Of a DNA stretch of 64,000 nt, positions 53,419 through 64,000 are shown one piece after another. The first letter of the stretch is position 1. Every line of letters starts with the position of its first letter. The notes beneath the pieces were generated by a model, which had not been told where the DNA came from, searched no databases, and was given only the letters and a program-made list of their open reading frames with translations. The stretch is from NCBI RefSeq assembly GCF_006345805.1, contig NC_043000.1, positions 44,206,001 to 44,270,000 on the forward strand, given 5' to 3'. This DNA comes from Octopus sinensis (lineage: Eukaryota). The position numbers and the translations under genes were made by a program.

Positions 53419-53804
53419 TTACAGGGTAAATGTTTTTTAAATTTTCTCCTGGTTTACGGAATTGATTTTTATTTGCGGTTGAAGCTTTGGCTGTTATTTC
53501 TAGTGGGTGAATGGCCTATTATGGCCGTACCTTGATTGTTGATGTTGAACTTAAAAATGGTCTATGACTATTTAATTTTTTCCCACTAGGCCGCTGGTGG
53601 CAAAAAAATTCTACAAAATTTTTTTTGGCACCCTATATTGATTAATTATGAATTTTCTGGTTAATTCCGTAATGGAATCGACGGCTTATATTTATTTGCT
53701 GCCGATAAATTTGGCGCGAGTGCGATGATTTGAAAATTTTAGGTCAGATATTGCCTTGGCAGGGTCGGAAATGCCTCGTGAAAATATCTGTTCCGACTTG
53801 GCTA

Positions 53805-53909
53805 TTTCTTACTGAAGAATCTGAGGGCCTATGGAAGATTGGCTTGATTTAATTTAATCAGGTTAGTTTACCATTAAACAGCAGATGAAACGGTGCATCG
53901 TATAAGAAA
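53805..53909 (+). ncRNA. Second, identical type I hammerhead
   Basis: Same sequence as 53314-53418; predicted cut after 53902. Confidence 0.88.
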
Positions 53910-54133
53910 TTACAGGGTAAATGTTTTTTAAATTTTCTCCTGGTTTACGGAATTGATTTTTATTTGCGGTTGAAGCTTTGGCTGTTATTTCTAGTGGGTG
54001 AATGGCCTATTATGGCCGTTCCTTGATTGTTGATGTTGAACTTAAAAATGGTCTATGACTATTTAATTTTTTCCCACTAGGCCGCTGGTGGCAAAAAAAT
54101 TCTACAAAATTTTTTTTTGCCACCCTATATTGA

Positions 54134-54199
<66 letters not shown>

Positions 54200-54214
54200 C
54201 ATATATAATTAAGA

Positions 54215-54790
54215 TTCTTAGCTAACTTACGTAACTTAGATTGGTTTCGGCCAGTATAGGCCCAGGTCATGTCTAACTTAATAGCACGATGTGGTGGAGT
54301 CCTTTAGATCGTGATTCTCACCATGATCATATATGAGTCACCATGGCCCACTCTAGCAAAGACTTATTGTTGTTGGAATGATATCCAAGTGTAAGAGTTT
54401 GGTGCAGAATATTTTGGAGAACTTTGTCCAGAGAACGTTTGAATTTTATGGGATCTTTTTCCGTTTTGATGATGTATTTTGGAATAATATTAAAGAGAGC
54501 TGGACCGGTTGACGAAAAGTAGTTGTGTCGTAATGTTGTTATGTGTCTTGATTTCGACTTTTGTAGAAGATGGATGGCACGGGAGCCAAGTCTTGGGCGA
54601 ATTTTAAAATTGATGCCAACGTCATTTGTGCAATATTGAAGGAATATTTTCCACATCACACAAATGATGTATCGCTCGCAGTGTCATTGGAGAGAGTAGA
54701 GATTGATTTGTTTCTTAGTCGACCCCAATAGTCAATGCTTGTCATGCCGTCTGTATTTCTCTACCATGACATTTAGCTGTAACTGCTAGC
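54215..54790 (-). mobile_element. CR1/L2-like LINE 3' end with 3' stem-loop
   Basis: DYWGRL..LYSLQ*HCERYIICVMWKI..PRLGSRAI..RHNYFSSTGPALFNIIP..FKRSLDK..NKSLLEW; 3' UTR ggcc-tatact-ggcc and an aagtta-type tail. Confidence 0.8.
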
Positions 54791-55459
54791 ATTCATCTAT
54801 ATATTTTTTCTATATTATATTTTTTTTTATTATATTTTTTTATATTATATTTTTCTTGATTTAACACTATAAATAGGCTAAGTTGTAATGTGCTCCTTCC
54901 CTTATTCTCTGTACTTATCTTCCACTCCTAATTTCTAATACTCATTCCTTTAATTTCATCGTTACCTTACCCTTTAAGGTACCAATCACAGTAAGTATCA
55001 GTAAATTTTCCGATACTCCTTTCTTCCAGCTGTCACCCCTTCTCCATCAGGCATTCCCCTTTCTTTTACCACTCCCAGCCTTACCCTTTGGTGTAGACAA
55101 ATCTGGATATAAGGTTCCAGTACTTAGATAGCTACGTGAGTTGTCATGATATTGAGTCTTTTATCACGTTTGCCAGGAATGCAGTCACAAATCACAAAAC
55201 ATGTAATATTGGATGATTAAAGACTACCTTTTCCCCATTGTCTTTGAAGTGGAATAACTTGGTCACTATCATCAATTATTCTTTCCCCACTATAACTTCT
55301 AAACTCTCAATTCTAGGAGTTTCGAAAAGACATTGATCTTTTTCTAAACTCATTCTCTCAAATCTATAACACTAAAATCAATGTAAATATTTGAGCTCCT
55401 TTGGTGATCCGAATATCCTAAAACACTTGCTATGTCCTTCGTGTGTGAAATCAATGTAG

Positions 55460-55541
55460 TCATCTGAAGAAAAGGGTTTCTTTATAATGATGTAATGTTT
55501 TCATTAATCAATTAAAGGAGTCGCATAAACGGTCGATATGA
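55460..55541 (+). ncRNA. Possible decayed hammerhead
   Basis: tcat-CTGAAGA..AT-rich hairpin..TAAA-CGG-TC-gatatga; several defects. Confidence 0.3.
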
Positions 55542-55894
55542 ATTGACTCGTACGTCGCTGTTACTCATGTATACGTACAGTGGGGGGAAATAAATATTCG
55601 TAGATGTCAAAATTCTCTGTTTATCTAATTTCTAATGAACACAAATGGGATATACCAATACTATATTTGCATACACATGCATAAACTAAGAATATGCAAA
55701 AGAAACTAATAAATTATAGTTGCTAAATAAAATTGCGAGTCATTTGGGTGACTGATATACACACACACGCACAAGAACACACGCAACGCCCCCCCCCCCT
55801 CCACCACGCAGACGCACATATATAAATGTAAATATGTATGTATGCGTGTTTGTGTGTGTGTGTGTATAATATATATGTATGTATGTATAAAAGA

Positions 55895-56296
55895 AGAAAG
55901 AAAAATGGAGATTGGGAAGTTAATAATTGTTTATTAACAGAAAATTAATCATTTTTATTTACAGCTATTTCAATTAATATACAGTGAGCATCAAGTAAAT
56001 ATTAAATTTATATTTATGTGACCTGAGCATATCTTCAGAAGGAAAACAATATAACCTTGGATGTTTTATATGTATTTATGAAGTCATTCAACTTAAAATA
56101 ATGAATCTATAAACAAATATAATGCATTCAAGGGTATATTTTTTTTCGTCTGAAGATATTATGCTTTGGTAATATACATATAAATTTAACATTTACGTAA
56201 TATTCACTGCGTATTAATTGAAACAGCTGCACGTGAAGATGATTAATTTGCTGTTAATAATAAACAATTAACTTCGCAAACTCCATTTTCTTTTTC
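55895..56296. mobile_element. Old head-to-head inverted duplication (~55895-56047 and ~56140-56296), both arms with decayed long-stem-II hammerheads
   Basis: Left rc: CTGAAGA-tatg..attaatt-GAAA-atAGCTg-TA. Right: CTGAAGA-tattatgc..gcgtattaatt-GAAA-cAGCTg-CA. Shared tail gattaattt(t/g)ctgttaata..ctccatttt; ~75% by eye. Confidence 0.7.
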
Positions 56297-56309
56297 ATAT
56301 ACTCTTACT

Positions 56310-56594
56310 CTTTTACTCTTTTACTTGTTTCAGTCATTTGACTGCGGCCATCGGTTGTCAAGCGGTGCTAGGGGGGACAAACACAGACACACAAACACAC
56401 ACCCGCATATATATATATATATATATATATACGACGGGCTTCTTTCAGTTTCCGTCTACCAAATTCTCTCACAAGGCTTTGCTCGGCTCGAGGCTATAGT
56501 GGAAGACACTTGCCCAAGGTGCCACGAAGTGGGACTGAACCCGGAACCATGTGGTTGGTAAACAAGCTACTTACCACACAGCCACTCCTGCGCC
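56310..56594 (-). mobile_element. Full CORE-type tRNA SINE (family B)
   Basis: Minus strand: ggcgcaggagtggctgtgtggtaag (A box)..ccgggttcagtccc (B box)..ggcaccttgggcaagtgtctt (CORE-like). Confidence 0.9.
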
Positions 56595-56597
56595 AAT

Positions 56598-56737
56598 ATA
56601 TATATATATATATATATTGGCCTGCTCGCTTAGCCAGCGTGGTGGCGTCAATTGAATGCTAAATAATTTGCGAATCGCATTGTGACCAGCGATGTGTAGC
56701 AGCTTCCGATAGCCTGGTCGGTCACGTGATCACGTGA

Positions 56738-56740
<3 letters not shown>
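56598..56740 (+). mobile_element. Probable SINE 3' fragment (family C)
   Basis: ggcctgctcgcttagccagc..cattgtgaccagcgatgtgtagc..ggtcacgtgatcacgtga followed by (TA)n. Confidence 0.45.
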
Positions 56741-56808
<68 letters not shown>

Positions 56809-57109
56809 ACACGTGCACACATATGTATACACAAATGTGTTTGTGTGTCTATGGAGGTGCATATATTAATTCATTTAATTGTTTTAGACACTGGCTTGTA
56901 GCCATGCTGTAGCACAACGTTAAAGATTTTTTTAGTTTTTTGCAAAATATCACCGCCAGTAATGAGTAATTTTAAGCCAGTGTGTCACGTTATTAAATTT
57001 TATCGGAACATCATAGTTTAGGGGACGCAACAAGCGAACTTCTACTATCAGCTGATGCGGCTCCTGGTAGGTATGAGCAAAGATAAGCACACACAGACAC
57101 GCAACCAAC

Positions 57110-57157
<48 letters not shown>

Positions 57158-57380
57158 TACCAGTATAGGATGAAGTATTTTTTTACAGAAAAAAAAATTC
57201 ATGAACAAATGTGGCAGCAACCTAAAATACCTTTACCGTTAAAATTATAAGCAACTTATATATGAGGGCTAAAGAAAATTATTGCAATGCCAATATGCTA
57301 ATAACAGTCGTTTAAATCGTCAATTTCCACATCAGCATATTGGCATTGAAATAATTTTCTTTAGCCCTTATATATAAGTT

Positions 57381-57423
<43 letters not shown>

Positions 57424-57439
57424 AGAACAAAGTGTACGT

Positions 57440-57720
57440 ACGCCGCTATATATATATACAAAATACAAAATGGGACATGAAGGCAAAACATCTGGACAAC
57501 AGGGTGATAGAAAGGGGACAACAAAACATCCAGATAGACGATACAGAAAAACAAGGAGCGGTTATTCTAAGCTTTCTATCCTCAGTGAAGAACCGGATCA
57601 TGCTCGCAATTTCGGCTGATTAATCTTGAAATTGCTCCAATCTGGCCAGCCCTAAGGAAAAAACTAAGCTAAGAGCATTAGATTCATTGGAAGAAAGCAT
57701 AGAATGTATAGGAAAACAAG
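57440..57720 (-). repeat. Interspersed repeat beside (TA)n, probably PLE terminal-repeat type
   Basis: Structured GC-richer block ending at (TA)n; only partial HHR-like pieces. Confidence 0.35.
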
Positions 57721-57829
57721 GATGGAAAAACAGACGATGATACACAAATATTTCGCATTTTTATTGATGCTCACCATTGACTGTCGATGATTTACTTTGA
57801 TCGCTAGAGTTTTCCCCGGCTTGCAGTCA

Positions 57830-58070
57830 GCACCAAGACAAAACAGAGATCAGTGGTCCAATTTTTCTGCTTTCAGAGTGTGTAATGGACAGACATCCAT
57901 CGCAGGCTTTCAATGCAATACGTAGACAACGTAGTGGTTTGTATGCATGAATTGAAGTTGAAAAATGGCCGAACAAACGTGAAGTACATGATGGAGCAGG
58001 ACACCGATCTACCTCCAGCAATGACGTGAATTTTCAACAAGCTGGCGAGATGTAAAAGAATGCAAGAGGC
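57830..58070 (+). pseudogene. Mariner N-terminal relic
   Basis: ..LKNGRTNVK..GAGHRSTS resembles the mariner FKxGRTS..R.GRPST motif. Confidence 0.5.
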
Positions 58071-59244
58071 AGTTTCACACTTAATCTTCTTCAGTTCAAA
58101 TTGAAAGGATTCAATTCACTCACTACATATCGGTCAGTCGGTTTAAAAATAAGAACGATTATAGATTACATGTACGAATCATACTCTGGACCTGTGTTTA
58201 TCAATTCTGACAATAGAAAGATATTTCCTTTTCTTGTCGATAGACAATTTGCAAGGATTGGGAATGATTCGACGTTCATTATTCACATACTGATCGAATG
58301 ACAACGAATATATTCGCATGTAACCGTATCAGAATACACAATTACACACAATCAATTATCTATATCTACAGCCATCTATATATTTATAAACACACACGAC
58401 CGCACAAACATTCATATGAATCAGTTTGTCTTCAGCTAATTGCCATCTTTAAATCAATAAGTTCAATATTAAATAAATGATAATTGCATAGATTTATCCA
58501 CTTGAAGAGAAACATTGCAATAAATATTTATGAAAACTGTAACGGTAGATACTAACTAATTATTATTACTTCCGTAAAATTTTGAATTATAGTTGCACTG
58601 TAAAGTTAGGCAGTGACAACTCTAAACAACAATTTGCAAAATATCTAAAAAAAATTACTTATTCTATTTATCTATAATTTTAAACCTTACGATTTTGAAA
58701 ACATGTTATATTATGTTCGGATACATGTGTTATAATTAAAGATCATGATATATTGTTACTACTTTCAGGCATTTTATTAATATAACACTATGGATTATGA
58801 TTAACTCAACTTCATTTCCCGATGTTGTTTATATTTTGTTTTAGTAACTCTATAAAATATATTTCATTTGCCAGTTCAGAAATCGTTTAGTAAAATTTTA
58901 CATGGAGTAAATATATTTGTATCATTTCTTTTAGAAATTGTTTGATTCAGTACACTTTACTGAACAGATAAAGGTGTAATCATATTAGTGGACGTATTAA
59001 TCAAAGAAGGTGATGATTTACTTCCATATTACAGCTAACGCTCCAAGAATGTGTCCGACAGATATTTTAAAATTAAAGGGAATGCGTTACTACGATAAAG
59101 TGTTGTTTTCTGTGTAATAATGAATCATGTAGAATCGTATCAATAAAAGTATCAGCAAATATTCCAGTTTGTTTTTCCTTTCCTCTAAAATGTCATCATA
59201 TTTCAAAGAGATGAGCTGTTAGAAACGTTATTACTATGGACAAA

Positions 59245-59395
59245 ATGCAGAGTTGCATTTCGTCCAATTTTTACTTTTTGAGTTCAAATACCGCCGTTTA
59301 TCCTTGCATGGTCGATTAAATAAGTACCAGTAATCGACTTCCCCACTTCCTGGAAATTGCTGGTGTTCTGGTAAACTTTGTAAAAAATATTTCAT
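59245..59395 (+). mobile_element. Diverged SINE family A
   Basis: catttcgtcc..tgagttcaaataccgccg..ggtcgattaaataagtaccagt..aatcgact. Confidence 0.55.
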
Positions 59396-60459
59396 CGTAT
59401 CACATTTATAAACTCCAATGGAATGATATAAAGTCTTATTCACGTTAAACACTATATGTAAGATATTTTACATCAACATTGCAACGTTTAACTCATTATA
59501 TATATATAACGAGTTAAACTTTGCTATACTGATGTAAGATATGCTATATATAGTGTGTAACATGAATACATACATATATACATACGTATACATGCATAGA
59601 TACATACATACACACACATACACGGCACAATTATGTTATATGATATATGAAGCACAAATGAAGATTCGGTGAAATAAAGCAGTAATCACGTTCTATGGAA
59701 ACGCAGGTGTCATTTGATGTCTTCTGCTACCTTGTAATCGTTTTTTTTTCTTTTTGCAAGTGGAACAAGATGACGACTAAGTTTGCTTGTGGATCATTTA
59801 CTACGTGTTTCGTGCAGTGGATGGAAAGGCCTATTTTGCTCCGTGCCACTAATCCATAATGACAATATTTATATTTAGAAGAGTGGCACACCGCACGATG
59901 ATCCTGATGTTGAAGTCGGCTTCGCTCAGATCTTTGAGCTGAGAAGCAGGAATGATGCCAGATACTACGTTCTGATGCTTTCTTTGTCCAGGAAGAAAAT
60001 AAGGTTGCATCGCTTCAAATTGTCTTTTATCTTGTCTTTGCAGCGTAAGAGTAGCTTTCCAAATGACCTACATATTTGGACTTCTGATATCATTCACTTG
60101 GGACAGTCTAAACTGTATTTTGATGAGAATGAATTCAATACCTGATATGTTGCATTTTATTAGTATCTCACTCTTACGATTATGGTCACTTGGTTTTATG
60201 CTGCAGATGCAGCAGCACCACATCTGAAAGGTGTGAAGTTGTTGATGCCCTTTCGGTACAGGTTCTAACATTCAGCACCATAAAGCAATAATGTTAGAAT
60301 TAGTGACATGTATACATCGAATTTCCCCTACAACAATACGTTCTGACTGATCCAAAAGCTATTCCTTAGATTAGCGAAAGTGTAAATAACCTAAGCCATT
60401 TTGGATTCAATTACTTAATCTATCTTAGCATCTTTGGATACAGTGTAACTAAGATAAGT

Positions 60460-60537
<78 letters not shown>

Positions 60538-60559
60538 GTATGTGTGTGTGTGTGTGTGA

Positions 60560-61190
60560 GTATTCAGTTTTATTTAAAGATTTCTCGCCAATTGAGAAAG
60601 AGCCGGTTTCTATCCTAGACCCTAGGCACCTTCATCGGAATTTCAACATCAACAACAGGGTATTTTTATATGTATGTATACGTGCAAATTTGTACGTTTT
60701 GTTTTATGTATATCTTCTCATGCATATACTTGTGTATCAAGACATGCACATACGTACTTAAGTGATAAACATCTGGAAAGTTTACAGAGTTTTACAGTTC
60801 CACTGATGGACTGGATTTGTAGTCTTCGAATTAGCTTTCTCTATTCTGGTTTTCAGAAGACTAATTTCTCAAGATTGTTATTTAGGCAATCCGTTAAACA
60901 TCTCACTACTCCAATAATTAAAGGCATATAGCTGAACTTGTAATCTTGTTAGAATAGCAGTAGATTTCTCAGCGTTGGTAATCTCTTTTTCATTGATCTT
61001 CAGCATTATATTAGCATCCGCTGGGTTAATGATTTCCACAACAATTCACAGTTTCTCTTCTATATTACAAATCATTATATCAGATCTACTGTGTTTACAT
61101 AATTTTGAGGTTTTCACAAGGACATTCCACCAGTACTTCTTGTTATTTTGCGTGGCTATATATTCCACCATACTGTGGGTTACCTTTTCT
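60560..61190 (-). mobile_element. RLE-type (R4/CRE-like) LINE 3' fragment with structured 3' UTR
   Basis: [71 protein letters not shown]. Confidence 0.75.
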
Positions 61191-61238
61191 TTTTCTTATG
61201 TTTGTATGCAGGTAATGTATATAAATACATATCCCGAA

Positions 61239-61303
<65 letters not shown>

Positions 61304-61416
61304 TATATAAAATAATATATATATATATACATACATACATACAGACATGCACACGAACACACAAATATGTGCGTATATATGTTTTATGTATCTGTACATA
61401 TACATATAAATACATG

Positions 61417-61450
<34 letters not shown>

Positions 61451-61455
61451 ATATC

Positions 61456-61493
<38 letters not shown>

Positions 61494-61577
61494 TAATATA
61501 CATTATATATATATATACAGAGTGAGAGAGAGAGAAAGATAATAGATAGATAGATATATAATTATACATATGTCGTG

Positions 61578-61770
61578 TAAGTGCTTAGTATAGTGGTTAG
61601 TACATTAGGCTCACGAACATAGTGCTGTGCGTTAATTTCCTGGCGGTAAATTGTGTTTTTGAGCAAGCCACCTTATTCCACTCTTCTCCTCTACACTCAG
61701 CGGGCAAAAATGCGCTGGATCTCTTTTTCAACGGACCAGCTTTCTAACACTCTGCGTCACGGCAAAGATA
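61578..61770 (+). mobile_element. tRNA-derived SINE (family C) 5' part
   Basis: gcttagtatagtggttag (A box), gttaatttcc (B-box-like), ttgtgtttttgagcaagccacctta (CORE-like). Confidence 0.6.
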
Positions 61771-61908
61771 CGCTCGTACTACGATTGATCAGCACAATTC
61801 ATATGCAAGTTGTTCTGCATCTGCGTAATTGATAGACTGTCAGCTGTACATGTGTGTGTGTGTGTCGATTCGAGATTTCAAATAAACACCTTAATAATAA
61901 TAATAATG

Positions 61909-62006
<98 letters not shown>

Positions 62007-62060
62007 GTATGTATATACATGCATATAGACACCGGTATATAGTATATATACATGTACAAA

Positions 62061-62121
<61 letters not shown>

Positions 62122-62494
62122 ATTATTATTGCTCATCACGCGTAAACGAGGAAGTGCAACACTGACAATGCTCATGCAAAATGTAATCAGTAGTAAATTT
62201 CGTTTATTGTATTTTCGCTACTCGAGAGATGATTTCGTATGATTAACGCATGCACGTAGAAAAGTGTGAACCCGTAACAATAACGAATCTGCACATTCTG
62301 GTAGATTCGAACCTAAATATGAGATCGCTGTTTATTTTTTTTATATTCTTCAAAGGAGAAAGCATTTTCTCGACAGTCGATGAGTGTTCATATCAGGTGA
62401 TATATCACAAAACATCCTAGAGAAAACAGACAATATAGATAGCAAAGTATTCGTATATTTATGTGTGCCTGTTTATATATATATATATATATAT

Positions 62495-62667
62495 GCGAGA
62501 AAGAAGCAACAAGAATGGATAGGTTTTTAGTACAATCGTTTCATACAAGGACAGGCTTTATTAAATGTTGCAAAAATTAATAATAATTTTGCAACATTTA
62601 ATAAAGCCTGTCTTTGTATGAAACGATTGTACTAAAAACCTATCAATTCTTGTTGCTTCTTTCTCGC
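62495..62667. repeat. Near-perfect palindrome, ~83-bp arms, ~6-nt spacer, beside (TA)n
   Basis: gcgagaaagaagcaac..gttgcaaaaatt / aattttgcaac..gttgcttctttctcgc; 2 substitutions and 1 indel. Confidence 0.9.
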
Positions 62668-62865
62668 TTATAATCACCCCACATTACTGTATTGTTAAAA
62701 CAGCATAGTTTTTTTTGGTGCATCTAAGTTAGGTACCATATTCAAGTAAATTCATTTAAATTAACTTGAATCTTTATTGCTTTTTGTATATATATATATA
62801 TGTATATGTATGCATATATACATACACACACATACACACACACATATGTATATATATAGATCTAC

Positions 62866-62899
<34 letters not shown>

Positions 62900-62924
62900 T
62901 TGTATATATATATATATATAGATC

Positions 62925-62985
<61 letters not shown>

Positions 62986-64000
62986 ATACATATGTATATA
63001 TATGTATATATATGATATTATGATAAATATTTATATGTGTATATATATATATATATACATGATATATGACAAACACATATATATGTATATATATATGAGT
63101 GTGTGTACGTGTGCGTGTGTTTGTGTGTGTATGTATATATGTATGTCTAATTGTGTATTCGTGAGTAGTTTTCTGTGTATGTATGTTGTGATAATGTTTA
63201 TGTAAGTAAACACTTAGATATTCAGTATGATTTCGAAATACTCTTAAGAAATAATATTTTTAAAAAATCACCAATTTATTTGCACTCAAATATTTTACAC
63301 ATATCTCTGAATTAAATACGTCTTAATGTTTATAAAAATTACGTACATAACCATTATTACAAGTAATAAAAAATGAATATGTACGTCTTTCTTATACAAG
63401 ATACATTGTGATGAATATAACTTAACATACATAATGCTTTCAGTATGTCTTTAAAATGCATTACATTTCTGTCCTTACTTATGTGGCTATTGTATAGACA
63501 TATTATTTATGTTTCTCAATAGGTTAACGTGTAATGTTTAGTGAATAACTTTTGATCACGCTTACAAATTTAGGATATTTTATTTTTTCCTTTCTTTCTT
63601 TTTCTTCTTAAATTTCATTCTTCAATATAATATCATTTATAAAATTTAAAATGTTGTAAAATGCAAGCAAAAATGTATATGCATTATCCGAATGTGTTTT
63701 TCTTATAAATATACTTCATATATTATTTTTCTCCAGAAATTGTTTGTAGCAGCATAACATCGTTTTATTCTTCCGTAGCATTGAATACAAATTGTAAAGA
63801 TGTTTAGCTTATTTTCAGTAGAACCCCCCCCCTGTCTATCGTACTATTTTATTTGAAAAAATCATTTGAAGAACTATCTCTATCTCCCGTCATCGCGTGC
63901 TCTCTCACTCCCTACACACACACACACTCACACACACACAAACGTATATAATGGTACACATGGCCAACTGAAAACGATGTTTCCTAGAGCTAAACAACAG

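Larger units (their letters stand above)
53224..54140 (+). mobile_element. Tandem ~1.87-mer of a 491-bp non-coding monomer with one hammerhead per unit (retrozyme-like)
   Basis: 53225.. recurs at 53716..; period 491 at three landmarks; about 3 differences seen; 3' end runs into (TA)n at ~54140-54200. Confidence 0.9.

Noticed and set aside
54240-54275. ggcc-tatact-ggcc-GAAAC as a hammerhead
   Set aside because: No CUGANGA core; better explained as the LINE 3' stem-loop.
57560-57700. Hammerhead in the 57.5k repeat
   Set aside because: CTGAGGA and GAAA pieces are in the wrong order or lack pairing stems.
1-64000. CRISPR arrays, rRNA or genuine tRNA genes
   Set aside because: No repeat-spacer arrays or rRNA motifs; tRNA-like A/B boxes occur only as SINE heads without a full cloverleaf.

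Overview
AT-rich, microsatellite-dense animal DNA with no host protein-coding exon that I can support. The SINE and LINE families and the (TA)n load look like an octopus or other cephalopod genome (inference). Nearly every ORF in the track is a microsatellite or transposon by-product. Recognisable relics: tRNA-derived SINEs of about three families, mariner transposase pseudogenes, R4/Dong-like RLE LINEs, Tx1-like and CR1/L2-like LINE fragments, and a Penelope-like (PLE) GIY-YIG fragment. The main signal is a high density of type I hammerhead ribozyme (HHR) motifs, about 15-19 intact, decayed or half copies. They occur in two recurring architectures, most ending at or enclosing microsatellites, mainly (TA)n. 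One is tandem non-coding monomers of 420-490 bp (retrozyme-like). The other is head-to-head inverted duplications. The best case is a ~99% identical 491-bp tandem dimer at 53224-54140 with two apparently intact HHRs; a diverged homologue lies at 35301-35880. Two other families carry the compensatory U3:A8 core variant. All alignments, identities and folds were done by eye, and many feature boundaries are approximate.
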